A stretch of DNA of 64,000 bases. It comes from an uncultured Planctomycetia bacterium. Its GTDB lineage: Bacteria > Omnitrophota > Gorgyraeia > 2-02-FULL-51-18 > JAGOUK01. The number at the start of each line of letters is the position of its first letter. Positions within the stretch are counted from its first letter, which is position 1. Under the pieces are notes generated by a model. That model saw only the letters and a list, made by a program, of their open reading frames with translations. It was not told the origin of the DNA and did not search any database. The stretch spans positions 5,239 through 69,238 of the forward strand of contig CAYSFB010000010.1 of NCBI GenBank assembly GCA_964430735.1, in the 5' to 3' direction. This document shows, in pieces, positions 36,663 to 46,776 of the stretch. The translations under genes were made by a program, and so were the position numbers.

Positions 36663-37385
36663 TTACTTCTTCAGCCCCAGCCCGAGAAGAACGATCGGCT
36701 TTAAAATGCTCCACCATCCGGTGATCGGCTTCATCTTGGTGTAACCGAGCGCCTTGGGGGGATAGATCTTGGTGACGGGCACTTCCCGGACCTTGTAACC
36801 GAGTTTGATGAACTTGTAGAAGAGGTAGGGCTCGAGTTCATATTTGTCGAGCCAGGGCTGATGGTAATCGATCTTGGGGTCTTCGAGCGCCGACAGCCGG
36901 ATCGCGCGAAAACCGTTCGTGCTGTCCGTGATGCGCCGGCCCGTGATGAGCGAGAACAGAAACGGGTGCACGTAACGGGTCGCAAGCTGACGGTACCGCG
37001 GCATGTTGCCGAAGTCCCCTCCCGGCAGATAACGCGACCCTTGGACGAAGTCGAATCCGTCTCGGATAATCGGTTCGACCAGCCGCGGAATCTCGGCGGG
37101 GCGGTCCTTGTCGTTGCCGGCCAGGATCACCACGACGTCGAATTTGTTCTGACGGGCGTACTCGATCAGGGTGCGGATCGCCGCTCCGACGCCTCGACGC
37201 TCGGGATGCGAAAGCACCTTGTACCCCATCGCCTCGACGACACGCCGGGTGTCGTCCGTCGACCCGTCGTCCATCAGCATCACCTCGTCGGCGACGTCCA
37301 AACCGGTGAACCGGTTGAAGACGCTGATGATCTTTTTTTCTTCGTTGGTCGCGATGGGGGCGGCGAGGACCCGGAGTTTTTTCAT
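36663..37385 (-). CDS. GT2 polyprenyl-phosphate sugar synthase (DPM1-like)
   Basis: VMLMDDGSTDDT...VVILAGNDKDRP...GSRY. The protein is 240 aa. Confidence 0.75.
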   Translation of the reverse strand: MKKLRVLAAPIATNEEKKIISVFNRFTGLDVADEVMLMDDGSTDDTRRVVEAMGYKVLSHPERRGVGAAIRTLIEYARQNKFDVVVILAGNDKDRPAEIPRLVEPIIRDGFDFVQGSRYLPGGDFGNMPRYRQLATRYVHPFLFSLITGRRITDSTNGFRAIRLSALEDPKIDYHQPWLDKYELEPYLFYKFIKLGYKVREVPVTKIYPPKALGYTKMKPITGWWSILKPIVLLGLGLKK

Positions 37386-37960
37386 CGTTGGGAGGCGGCG
37401 GGGCCGGCCGGCGTTTTACGGAATTTTTTCCCGCAGATGCAGCGGGCGGTTCCGGACTTGAACGTCAGGCGCTCGCGGCAGACGCACAAAAAACCCCGGA
37501 CCCTGGCGGGATTACCGTACACGAGCGCCTGCGGAGGAACGTTGCGGGTCACGACCGCGCCGGCGCCGACCATCGCATATTCACCGATCGTGACGCCGCA
37601 AACGACAGTCGCGTTGGCTCCGATCGCGGCGCCCCGGCACACCCGCGTGGACTCCAGTTTGAAGTCGTTGCAGCGGCTGACCGGAAACCGGTCGTTGGTG
37701 AACGCGGCGTTCGGGCCGACGAACACGTCGTTTTCGAGGGTGACGCCCTTCCAGATCGAGACGCCGTTCTTGACCGTGACCCGGTCCCCGATCCGCACGT
37801 CCGATTCGACGAAGGCGTGATCGCCGACGTTGCAGTCGAGGCCGATCACGGCACCCTTCATCACATGCGCAAAGGCCCAGACACGGGTACCGGAGCCGAT
37901 CGAACGGGTCTCTACCAGGGCTTTGGGGTGGACGAACGGCTTGGAAGCGGCGGCGGGCAT
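37382..37960 (-). CDS. Hexapeptide-repeat sugar N-acetyltransferase (WbpD/PglD-like) with C-terminal Cys4 tail
   Basis: LbH repeats (VGDHAFVESDVRIGDRVTVKNGVSIW...) are followed by a C-terminal CVCRERLTFKSGTARCICGKKF. Confidence 0.7.
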   Translation of the reverse strand: MPAAASKPFVHPKALVETRSIGSGTRVWAFAHVMKGAVIGLDCNVGDHAFVESDVRIGDRVTVKNGVSIWKGVTLENDVFVGPNAAFTNDRFPVSRCNDFKLESTRVCRGAAIGANATVVCGVTIGEYAMVGAGAVVTRNVPPQALVYGNPARVRGFLCVCRERLTFKSGTARCICGKKFRKTPAGPAASQR

Positions 37961-37965
37961 CGTTG

Positions 37966-38973
37966 CTAGGCGCTCCGCCGGGAATCCAGAAGGGTCTGGA
38001 TCGCCTCGAGGGTCTCGACGACTTCAAGGCCGTTTTTTCCGTCGGCGATCGGCTGCGTGCGGTGCAGAATCGAATTCATGAAGTGCTCGGCCTGGCGTTT
38101 GAGCGGCTCTTCCGCCTTCACCGCCGGAATCACGACCTCACCGTCCTTGGCCAGGAGGTGGAATTCGCCGTAATCCTTGTAATACGGTTCGCGCTCGATG
38201 CGCTTGGAAAAAATCTCGACGGGGCCGGTCGACGCGAGGTCGTTCCAGGTCGCCATCTTCTTGGATCCGACGACGGTGATCTGCCGGACCTTTTTGGGAT
38301 CGAGCCAGCTCACGTGGATGTGCGCCATCACGCCGCCCGGATACTCGAGCGACACGAACGCGACGTCCTCGACCTGCGGCTGCAGATAGCCTCGTCCGAC
38401 CGCCGAAACGACCTTGGGCCGCGCGCCCAGGAGGAAGTTGAAAATCGCGATGTCGTGGGACGCGAGGTCGAATACGGAATTCACGTCCTTGCGGACGGGA
38501 CCGAGGTTCGTGCGCTCGGCGTGCAGATAGTAGGTCTGACCCAGTTCTTTCGAGTCGACCACTTCCTTGAGTTTGACGATGCCGGGATTGAAGAGAAAGA
38601 CGTGCCCGACCATGAGAATGAGCTTTTTGTCCTGGGCGATCTTGACCAGGTCGCGCGCTTCGGCGGAAGTGTGGGTGAGCGGTTTTTCGCAGAGGACGTC
38701 TTTGCCGTGAAGGAGCGCGTCCTGGGCGATCGCGAAGTGGGAAGAAACGGGAGTGGTGATGACGACCGCGTCGATGTCGGCCGCCTGCGTGACGTCCTGA
38801 TAACGCGTGGTCACCTGGACGCTCCGGTAGAGGTTCTTCATCGCGTCCAGCCGCCGGGTGTCGGCGTCGCACACGCGCACGACCTCCGCATGCGGATGAA
38901 AAAAGAAGGTGCGAATCTGGTTGGGGCCCCACTGGCCGCAGCCGATCACGCCGATGCGTTTTTTATCAGCCAT
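37966..38973 (-). CDS. Gfo/Idh/MocA-family NAD(P)-dependent sugar oxidoreductase (WbpB-like)
   Basis: Rossmann motif IGVIGCGQWGPNQI. The EKPL motif is also present. The protein is 335 aa. Confidence 0.8.
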   Translation of the reverse strand: MADKKRIGVIGCGQWGPNQIRTFFFHPHAEVVRVCDADTRRLDAMKNLYRSVQVTTRYQDVTQAADIDAVVITTPVSSHFAIAQDALLHGKDVLCEKPLTHTSAEARDLVKIAQDKKLILMVGHVFLFNPGIVKLKEVVDSKELGQTYYLHAERTNLGPVRKDVNSVFDLASHDIAIFNFLLGARPKVVSAVGRGYLQPQVEDVAFVSLEYPGGVMAHIHVSWLDPKKVRQITVVGSKKMATWNDLASTGPVEIFSKRIEREPYYKDYGEFHLLAKDGEVVIPAVKAEEPLKRQAEHFMNSILHRTQPIADGKNGLEVVETLEAIQTLLDSRRSA

Positions 38974-39011
38974 TCGTCCGATCTCCGGTAAGCATTTTCA
39001 TATTTTGGCCA

Positions 39012-40619
39012 TTAATATAGCACATTTTTCATATCCGGCTTTTGGGAGCAGATCCGTACGACGCTCACGATCGCGAGGATCGCCGCCGGGATCAGACACT
39101 CCCCCGCTTCAACCGGCCGGAGCGGTTTGAACAGCATCATCTCCGCAACGGCCAAACCCCACAACGCCAGAATCGACGGCCAGACGGCGCGGTCGAAGCG
39201 CTCCCAGGATGCCCTGAGGACCGCTTCGGCTTTGGGAACTGTGAGCCACAACGCCGTCACCGCGTATAGGACGAGAGCCAACGCTCCGTTGACGCTCAAA
39301 AACAGCGGCTCCGGCCGCTCCCAGGGCCTGACCAATCCCGGCAGCATCATCGGCAGAGAGATCGTGAACATCAGTCCCAGAAGCGGACGGAAGCGGTCGC
39401 GCTCGGACGACGCCCAGCAGCCGACGATCAGCGCGGCGATACAGGGAATCAGATACCGGTTGCCGAACGATGTGCCGGGATTGCTGCGCACCGCGATCAA
39501 CGCGGCCGTGAACCCCGCCCACAGCAGGGCGATGCACACGTGCAGCCGCCAGAACCGCCGGCCGTCCCGGACCGCGCCGCGGATCCAGACACCCGCGGCG
39601 GCGGCCGCCAGCGGGTTGAGCGCCAAAAATCCGTAGGTTTTAAATTGAGCGACCGCGTACGCGATCGGGTCCGCGGTCCGCGCCTGCAGCTGGCGGAAGG
39701 ACTCCAGCGCCATCGTGAGCTCCTTGTCCCCGAGACCCAGCTGCTTCACGCGTTCGGTGATCACCGTCTCGTTGAGCCCCGGCATCATGAAGGGCTCATA
39801 GAACTGCGTGCTCAGCTGGGTCCATCCGGGTCCGTACCGGAAGTAGTAGTGCGCCGGTTCGAAATAAAAAAACTTCCAGGTCCCGTAAAGCTCGAAGTGC
39901 ATCCACAACCCCGCTCCGGCGACGGCCGCCGCGGCCGCCGCAAATACCGCCGCCCGGCGGAAGCCGCCCAAAAGAAACGCCAAACCCGCCGCCGCGACGA
40001 GCAAGGTGCCGGACATCGGATGGATATTCCACTGGAGTCCGGCGCACAGACCGGCCAGCGCCGCGTACCTGAGCCGCGGCCGCGCATGATCCGCGACCAG
40101 CGCGCAGACCGCGCACAGGGTGAGCGACGCTTCCGCGATATGGGTCGTAAACGCGGACAAAAACCCCAGGACGAGGGTTCCGAGGAGCAGCTGATGGCCG
40201 GCGCGCAGCGTCGAGGCCGCCGGAACGCCGGCAGCGGCTCCGGTGCGGGTCCAGATGATGATCAAGAGCGCCAAAAAAAGTCCGTTCAGCGACAGCACGG
40301 CTGCGCGGTGCAAAACGCCCGAGCCGAACGGATCCGTGAAGCTGAACGCCGGAACGAGCGGGCGAAGCACGGTCGCGGTATAAAGACTCACGATCGGCGG
40401 CTTGTCGGAATAATGCAGCCGGCCGCGTTCGACCTGATCGACGGTGTTGAAGAACGGTGAGCGGTTCACGAAGGTTTCGCCGCGGACCAAGAGACTTTCG
40501 GCAAGCGCGAGGCGGCTGGCTTCATTGACCGACCGGGGCTGACTCTGCTGCAGGCAGGCCAAAAAGCCGCACAGGACCAGCGCTGCCCAAAGTATTATGG
40601 AGTTCGTCCTTAAATCCAC
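39012..40619 (-). CDS. ArnT/PMT-like GT-C membrane glycosyltransferase
   Basis: 535 aa multi-pass. Loop 1 is SVNEASRLALAESLLVRGE. The block here is DPM1-like GT2, then SGNH, then this gene. Confidence 0.5.
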   Translation of the reverse strand: MDLRTNSIILWAALVLCGFLACLQQSQPRSVNEASRLALAESLLVRGETFVNRSPFFNTVDQVERGRLHYSDKPPIVSLYTATVLRPLVPAFSFTDPFGSGVLHRAAVLSLNGLFLALLIIIWTRTGAAAGVPAASTLRAGHQLLLGTLVLGFLSAFTTHIAEASLTLCAVCALVADHARPRLRYAALAGLCAGLQWNIHPMSGTLLVAAAGLAFLLGGFRRAAVFAAAAAAVAGAGLWMHFELYGTWKFFYFEPAHYYFRYGPGWTQLSTQFYEPFMMPGLNETVITERVKQLGLGDKELTMALESFRQLQARTADPIAYAVAQFKTYGFLALNPLAAAAAGVWIRGAVRDGRRFWRLHVCIALLWAGFTAALIAVRSNPGTSFGNRYLIPCIAALIVGCWASSERDRFRPLLGLMFTISLPMMLPGLVRPWERPEPLFLSVNGALALVLYAVTALWLTVPKAEAVLRASWERFDRAVWPSILALWGLAVAEMMLFKPLRPVEAGECLIPAAILAIVSVVRICSQKPDMKNVLY

Positions 40620-41575
40620 CGGTATCTCCCCGCCAGGAATTCATAAATCTTCCGGCAGACATATTCGTTCCCCAGCGGCGTCCAATGACCGCCATGCGTG
40701 TTGTAGCGGAACGGGTTGCCGACCTGGACATGTGGAATGGAGTTGCGGTCCGCATACGCTTCGAGCACCGGGTCCGACTGGACGAGCGCCAGGACAAAGG
40801 ATCCGCCGCGCGACTCGGCGAGACGCCGCATCGCCCCCACCAGCTCTTCGCTGGGGTCCGGCACCCGGACCTCGCGCCGGCCGGGCCAAATTCGGGCAGC
40901 GGCGCGGTCCAGCAGTTTGGCGGCGGCGGTGATCGCCCGGCTTTTGAACAGCAGCGGATATTCGCGGTAAAAGTAGTTCACCGAACGCGGCACCGGCACG
41001 CCGTGCGGTTCGAGCCCGCCTCCGGCAACGGTGAAGTAGGGCTTGTAATATCCGGAATAGCGCCGGTTGGAAGTATTGTCCTCCCGGTCGTTGCCCGCAA
41101 AAAAGACGAGACAGACGATGTCCGGTTGATACCGGTCGAAGAATTTTTGAAGCATCAGATACTGCTGATCGGTGCCGTACCCGCTCACTCCGAGGTTCAG
41201 CACCTCCCAACCGGGGATGAGGGCCTGCAGCCGGTCCGTAAAGCGCTCGGAGACCTCCGCGTCATACCCCCAGACGAACGAATCGCCGACGAAGGCGATG
41301 CGCGGACGCGTCTTGGGTCCGTGTGCGACATCGCGGAAGCCGTCGGCGTTGTTCTCCACCCGGATGGTCCGGGCTCCCTCGAAGACGGACGTCCGGCCGC
41401 CTTCCGGGAACCATCCCAGTTCGGAGTCGTAACGGTATACCAGGCTGCGTTCGTCGGAATATTTGAAAAAAAGCGGATGATCGGCGGGAAACAGGCGGCA
41501 GGCACCCTCGGCGGCCGCAAAACAGAACAGGCCGGCGGCGGCGATCCGGATCGCCTGGACAAAATGCTTTTTCAC
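40610..41575 (-). CDS. SGNH/GDSL-family hydrolase or acyl-esterase, membrane anchored
   Basis: Contains IAFVGDSFVWGY (the GDS block) and GVSGYGTDQ. The track start (41638) overlaps the upstream GT2. A GTG at about 41575 (VKKHFVQAIRIAAAGLF, which also supplies a TM anchor) removes the overlap. Confidence 0.55.
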   Translation of the reverse strand: MKKHFVQAIRIAAAGLFCFAAAEGACRLFPADHPLFFKYSDERSLVYRYDSELGWFPEGGRTSVFEGARTIRVENNADGFRDVAHGPKTRPRIAFVGDSFVWGYDAEVSERFTDRLQALIPGWEVLNLGVSGYGTDQQYLMLQKFFDRYQPDIVCLVFFAGNDREDNTSNRRYSGYYKPYFTVAGGGLEPHGVPVPRSVNYFYREYPLLFKSRAITAAAKLLDRAAARIWPGRREVRVPDPSEELVGAMRRLAESRGGSFVLALVQSDPVLEAYADRNSIPHVQVGNPFRYNTHGGHWTPLGNEYVCRKIYEFLAGRYRWI

Positions 41576-42309
41576 GAACGGCGTCGGGACCAGAAGCGCA
41601 GCGGCCAAAGGCGGAACACCATCGCCAGCGACTCCCATGCGACGGAAGCCCGCATTTTGGATTCGCCCTCTTCCCGTTCGATGAAAAGGAATGGAATTTC
41701 CTTGGCGTCAAAGCCCTGGCGGTACGTCTCAAAAACCAGCCGGATAAAAAACGCATTTTGCCGGCCGTCCATCCGGTCCGCGTGCAGCGCCTCGAGCGTT
41801 CCGCGCCGGAAACACTTGTACGCCGTCGTCGTATCGGTGCTCGGAATTCCGAGCATGAACCGGATGAATTCGTTCGAGAATTTGCTCAGGAGCAGCCGGC
41901 CGAACGACCAGTTGAAGACCCGAACCCCTTTGAGGTAGCGGCTGCCGAAGACCGCTTCGTGATGCCGGATCTGCTCCATGAAAAGCGGAAGGGCTTCCGG
42001 GTCGTGGGAAAGGTCTGCATCCATCATCAGAATCACCGTGTAATCCCGTTCGAACACCCAGCGGAATCCCGCCTTGTAGGCGTTGCCGATCCCGTCCTTG
42101 CGGGTCCTCCGCAGCACATGAAGGCCCGGATAGTCCTTCCGCATGCTGTCTGCCAGATCCGCCGTGCCGTCGGGCGATCCGTCGTCGATGATCAGAATAT
42201 CCGTCTGGATTTTTTCGCCGATGCGGCGGACGAGGTTCGCAAGGTTCTTGCGCTCGTTGTAAGTGGGAATGAGGATGACGCTTTTAAAAGGATCAAGTGC
42301 GCTTGGCAT
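41572..42309 (-). CDS. GT2 polyprenyl-phosphate sugar synthase (DPM1-like)
   Basis: ILIPTYNERKNLANL...ILIIDDGSPDGT...LMMDADLSHDP. The protein is 245 aa. Confidence 0.8.
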   Translation of the reverse strand: MPSALDPFKSVILIPTYNERKNLANLVRRIGEKIQTDILIIDDGSPDGTADLADSMRKDYPGLHVLRRTRKDGIGNAYKAGFRWVFERDYTVILMMDADLSHDPEALPLFMEQIRHHEAVFGSRYLKGVRVFNWSFGRLLLSKFSNEFIRFMLGIPSTDTTTAYKCFRRGTLEALHADRMDGRQNAFFIRLVFETYRQGFDAKEIPFLFIEREEGESKMRASVAWESLAMVFRLWPLRFWSRRRS

Positions 42310-42405
42310 GGTGATTACCGACGATGTTACTTAAGATTGTCATTCCTTGTAAAGTTCTTTTAGCGTCCGTAGCAGCTCCTGTGTTATCCTTTCGAAGGTC
42401 CTCGA

Positions 42406-43878
42406 ATGGGCCCTTTTATGAACCCTTTTTTCATGGCTCACGGCAAGCCGATCCAAAAAATTCTGATGATCGCGGGAGCGGTGATTGTCGCCGCCGGCTG
42501 GGTACGCACGGTCATCGTTGCGGCGGTCGGCATCCCCTTCCGGTATGCGCACAACTACGCCGAACCGGCCGTGGCGGCGATTCTCCTCAACATCCCCCGC
42601 AACCCGCTGCTGTATCACGATTTTCAGCACGAGCCGTTCATCGTCAATCCGTACAACCCGGTCTACATCTATCTGTCGTACGCCGCCTCCTGGGTAATCC
42701 GGGAACCGATGGCGGCCGGACGGGTCGTTTCGTTCGCCGCGGGTTTGGCCGTCTGCGCGCTCATTTTTCTTATCTTGAGGCGGATCGGAGTCTCCCGGCT
42801 GCCCGCGTTCATCTTCGCCGCGCTGTTCGTGCAAATGCCGTCCACGGCCGGACAATGGGCGACGATGCGGCCGGATGTCACGGGTCTGGCCTTCAGCCTC
42901 GCGGGGATTTACTGCCTGCTGCGGTACGAAACCGCCTCTCCCCGCCGGCCGGCCGGATGGCTCGGAGCCGGCATCGCCTGCTTCGTCCTGGCTTTTTTTA
43001 CCAAGCAGAACTTTTTGGCCGGACCGGCCTGCTACTTCTTGTATCTTGCGTCGGAGCGGCGGGCGGCGGACCTGGTTCGCTTTTCGGCGGTTTTTGCGGC
43101 AGGGCTCTTCCTACCCACGCTGGTTTTGAATCATCTGACCGGCGGCACCTACCTCATGAATCAGCTCATGAGCGTCAAAAAACCCTTTTTCGCGGCGCTT
43201 TTTGCGCAATTCTGGAGTCGCTATTTGATCGGTCATGCCGCGCTTGCGGCCTTGGCGGCGGCCGCGTTCATTTGGGGTCCGCGCAGGGGCGTTCATAAGA
43301 TGCTGCTTTTTTATGCGGTCCTGGCGGCGCTCTCGACCGTGACGCTCGGCAAAATCGGAGCGGACATCAATTACTTCCTGGAGCCTTCGGCGGCGATCTG
43401 CATCCTCGGTGGCGTCTTTGCGGGTGCGGCGGTGAAACATAGAGGTCCGGTGTTCGGAGCTTTATTGGCGGCCGCGCTGCTCCAAACGATCCCGTTGGCG
43501 GAGCTGGGCAAGGGGGTTCGGTTTTCGGGACCCAAAACGCCGGAACTGGACCGGATCACGGCATGGATCCGACAGACCGACGGTCCCGTGTTCGCGGAAA
43601 ACATGGGCCTCCTCATCGCCGCAGGCAAACCCGTCGTGTACGCTCCGTTCGAATTCACGCAGCTCGCCGATGCGGGCGTCTGGGACGAAAACAAAGTCCT
43701 CTCCAAACTCGAGCGCCGGGAGTTTGCGGCGGTCATTCTCGAGACCAATCTGTGGAAGATCGCCCGTTCGAGCCGCTTCACACCCGCGTTCGTCAGCCGG
43801 GTCCGCACCCATTACTCCCCCGTGGCCCGGATCGGCGGCCAAATCATCTGCGTTCCCAAAAAAGGGCCGGACGCATGA
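42406..43878 (+). CDS. Polytopic membrane protein, putative GT-C/DUF2029-like; paralog of 33480..34970
   Basis: 490 aa. The C-terminus (...LLIAAGKPVVYAPFEFTQLADAGVWDENKVLSKL...HYSPV) is shared with its paralog. Confidence 0.45.
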   Translation: MGPFMNPFFMAHGKPIQKILMIAGAVIVAAGWVRTVIVAAVGIPFRYAHNYAEPAVAAILLNIPRNPLLYHDFQHEPFIVNPYNPVYIYLSYAASWVIREPMAAGRVVSFAAGLAVCALIFLILRRIGVSRLPAFIFAALFVQMPSTAGQWATMRPDVTGLAFSLAGIYCLLRYETASPRRPAGWLGAGIACFVLAFFTKQNFLAGPACYFLYLASERRAADLVRFSAVFAAGLFLPTLVLNHLTGGTYLMNQLMSVKKPFFAALFAQFWSRYLIGHAALAALAAAAFIWGPRRGVHKMLLFYAVLAALSTVTLGKIGADINYFLEPSAAICILGGVFAGAAVKHRGPVFGALLAAALLQTIPLAELGKGVRFSGPKTPELDRITAWIRQTDGPVFAENMGLLIAAGKPVVYAPFEFTQLADAGVWDENKVLSKLERREFAAVILETNLWKIARSSRFTPAFVSRVRTHYSPVARIGGQIICVPKKGPDA

Positions 43879-44894
43879 GTTTCCCGAACCGGATCTCCGC
43901 CCCGCTTCGCGTCCTTGCGCTCGTCGCGGCCAACTGGCTTCTGCTCGAAGCGCTGCTGCAGGGCGTTCATCTCGTCTACCCGCTCGAAATGCCCAAACGG
44001 CTGGAAGCGGTTTATCGGAACCGCTGGATCCAGGGCTTCGACACTTACAACGGCCGGACACGCCTGTACAACTATCAACCCGGATCGACCGGCAGCACCA
44101 ACGGACATCCGATGCGGTTCAACCGCTGGGGTTTCCGCGGTGCGGAGTTCCAGACGCGGGCCGACGCCGGACCCGGGGCCTTTCGCATCATGGCGCTTGG
44201 GGATTCTTGTCTCATGGGCCAGGGAGTCGCCGAAGAAGACCGGTTGACCGAGCGTCTGGCGGCCGCGCTTCAACAGGAGCGGCCCGGCCGGCCGGTGGAA
44301 GTGATCAACCTCGGTGTGCAGGGGTTCGAAACGCTGCAGCAATACAAAATGATGCGGATCATGGGCGAAGCGGTGGGCCCGAACCTCGTCATGGTCGCGT
44401 TTTGGGTCAATGACCCCAATCTGCATTATGACCATTACAAGCCTTTTCGATTCCCGCTCAAAGGCTTTACCTCCAAACTCCGCGGCCTCATCACCGTCCG
44501 GCTGGCGGAGCGCGCGTATGACCGGATTTGGCGGCGGTTCAAAGGCATTCCCACACACGAGGAAGAAGTCGACCGGGCGTACGATCCGGCTTCGGAGGAT
44601 TGGAAAATTTTTGCCGCGTCAGTCCGCGGCATCGCCGAATGGTCGCGCAAAAAAACCGGACGGGCCCCGGTCGTCCTTTACCTCGCAGACCCGGCCGAAG
44701 GCCGGAAACGCGGCAAGTACGAATCGGTGCGCCGGGTTTTTGAACAGAGCGGATTCGACTGGCTCGAGATCCCGACCGGCCGGTACCGCCCGGTCTCCCG
44801 GTTTGACTTTCACCCCTCGGCCGCGACCCACGCTCTGTACGCGGAAGTCCTGAAGAACTACCTCACCGCGTCCGGGGCTCTGGAACCAGAATAA
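43875..44894 (+). CDS. SGNH/GDSL-family hydrolase, second copy
   Basis: The ATG overlaps the upstream stop (ATGA). FRIMALGDSCLMGQG is a GDS block. An N-terminal hydrophobic anchor is present. The track ORF 43563.. is over-extended. Confidence 0.55.
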   Translation: MSFPNRISAPLRVLALVAANWLLLEALLQGVHLVYPLEMPKRLEAVYRNRWIQGFDTYNGRTRLYNYQPGSTGSTNGHPMRFNRWGFRGAEFQTRADAGPGAFRIMALGDSCLMGQGVAEEDRLTERLAAALQQERPGRPVEVINLGVQGFETLQQYKMMRIMGEAVGPNLVMVAFWVNDPNLHYDHYKPFRFPLKGFTSKLRGLITVRLAERAYDRIWRRFKGIPTHEEEVDRAYDPASEDWKIFAASVRGIAEWSRKKTGRAPVVLYLADPAEGRKRGKYESVRRVFEQSGFDWLEIPTGRYRPVSRFDFHPSAATHALYAEVLKNYLTASGALEPE

Positions 44895-46776
44895 AATTTC
44901 CGAACCGTTCCGCGCGGCGTCCGTGCAGGCGTCCGGTGATGACGGACGGATTCAGGGACAGAAATGCCCGGGTATAGACCACCGCCTCGGGCTCAAAATC
45001 CTTCCTCGCAAAGCGGGCGGAAGCGTTGTCGACCTGCACGTGTTCCCACCGAACGCCGCGCAAAAGGGCCCAGAACGGATACTCCCAGTCGTTCCCGCCC
45101 ATCGCCAGCCCGACACGCTCCAAGCCGAGGCTCCGGATGCGCTCGGTCAATCTTTTAAAATCCTGCTCCATCCCCGGAGAGCTGTTGAAATAGTTCTGCT
45201 CGGCGGTCCGCTTAAAAATCGAGCGGGACCCGGTCCACGGCCGCGTCTCGTTTCCCAGAGCCCAATAAAACGAAAGAAACAGCAAACAGAGCGCGACCAT
45301 CCGCATCCCCCGCCGGCGTCCGTCCGCTCCCCAAATGGCATGCACCACCCAAGGCGCGGCCAGGACAAAAAAAGTCGTGTGAAAACGGACACCCCACACC
45401 TGCCACTTGAGCGCGGCGGAGATCAGCAGAAAGCCCAGCACGGTCGCCGATGCGTAGCCGACCGCGGAGCGGCCGGATGACCGGAACCGCGCGGCGAGCA
45501 GGATCGCCGCAACCGCTGCGAGAAGCGCGTGAAGCGGATTTCCGGCCGTATCTTCAAAGGTTCTTTGGCGGGAGATGAAAAAAGTTGAATTGACCGTGAT
45601 CCTGGGATCGTCCGGATCGACGCCGGCCGCTTGCTGGAGTCGGCGCGCGACGTCCTGCGCGGCGGCCGTCCCCGTCTCAGTCGGAATCTGAAAATGCGTC
45701 CAATAATTCCGGACCGCGTTCGCTGCCAGGAGCTTCGGATTGAGCGTCTGCGTGTGGTAGACATACGACTCAACGACAGATTGGCCGAACGGACTGCCCG
45801 CAAACGCCATGTTGCGCGCATAATGCCCCGCATTCAGCGCCAAAAACGCGCAGACCAGGATCACCCCGTGGCCGCACGCCCGGCGAATGCCTCCTCGCAG
45901 CAGGAGGACGAGCGCCCAGAGACCAAACGGCGCGAGAAAAAAGTAGGAAGTGATCTTGGTGAGACAGGCCAACCCGAGCGCAAGCGCCGTGACCAGAATC
46001 CATGCGGCAGATCCGGTCCGGCGGTAGAGGAGTAAAAAATAGGCGCACGCGGCGCACCAAAAAGCCGCGAGCAGATCCGTCTGGACGCTGGACGCCTGAA
46101 GCACCGCCATCGGAAGCGTCGCGCACAGCACCGCGGCCATCCACCCGTTCCTGGATTTAGGAAAAAGCTCCCGATGGATGAGACTGGAAGCGGCCAAAAT
46201 ACCGAACCATGCGGCGGTCTGCACCAGATTCAGCCAACGGTCCGACCCTAAAATCAGGATGAGATTCAGATAAACGTATTCCGCGAATGGGTGGTTCTGC
46301 AGCTGCCGCAGATCCGCCGTGGCAAAACCCGCCAGCGAACCCTGCTGAATCCAATGAAAGACCCGCGGAAGCCGGTAGGTCATGGCGTCGTAGTTATTCG
46401 GGGAGGACACGATCGCCGTGACGGTCACAACGAGACCCAGCGCCGCGGTCAGCCCCATTTCCCACCGCGGACCGCCGGTCAGGACGCTGCGGATCCGGAT
46501 CGGAAGGCCGGCCCAGGCCCGCCGGACTTCCGGCCGAAGCCACTGAGCCGCACACAGCAATAAAACAACGGACCACCAAGCCGGAATCCAGGGAACCTGG
46601 TTACAAACGCCGAAACTCCACACCTCCGTGGTCAACGTCAGGAGCCCGCCGCCCAGTACCGAAGCGGTGAGCGCCGCCTGACGCCACGAATCCGTCTTTG
46701 CGCGCAGCCAACCGAGGAGTCCGGCGGCGCCGAACCCCGCGCCCGCAAACCCCAGCAACACGAGAATCGTCCTCAA
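44863..46776 (-). CDS. Large polytopic GT-C-like membrane protein
   Basis: The track ORF (to 47007) overlaps the upstream gene by 234 nt. The likely start is a TTG or nearby codon around 46776 (TILVLLGFAGAGF...). About 640 aa. Function is inferred from topology and context only. Confidence 0.4.
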   Translation of the reverse strand: MRTILVLLGFAGAGFGAAGLLGWLRAKTDSWRQAALTASVLGGGLLTLTTEVWSFGVCNQVPWIPAWWSVVLLLCAAQWLRPEVRRAWAGLPIRIRSVLTGGPRWEMGLTAALGLVVTVTAIVSSPNNYDAMTYRLPRVFHWIQQGSLAGFATADLRQLQNHPFAEYVYLNLILILGSDRWLNLVQTAAWFGILAASSLIHRELFPKSRNGWMAAVLCATLPMAVLQASSVQTDLLAAFWCAACAYFLLLYRRTGSAAWILVTALALGLACLTKITSYFFLAPFGLWALVLLLRGGIRRACGHGVILVCAFLALNAGHYARNMAFAGSPFGQSVVESYVYHTQTLNPKLLAANAVRNYWTHFQIPTETGTAAAQDVARRLQQAAGVDPDDPRITVNSTFFISRQRTFEDTAGNPLHALLAAVAAILLAARFRSSGRSAVGYASATVLGFLLISAALKWQVWGVRFHTTFFVLAAPWVVHAIWGADGRRRGMRMVALCLLFLSFYWALGNETRPWTGSRSIFKRTAEQNYFNSSPGMEQDFKRLTERIRSLGLERVGLAMGGNDWEYPFWALLRGVRWEHVQVDNASARFARKDFEPEAVVYTRAFLSLNPSVITGRLHGRRAERFGNFILVPEPRTR

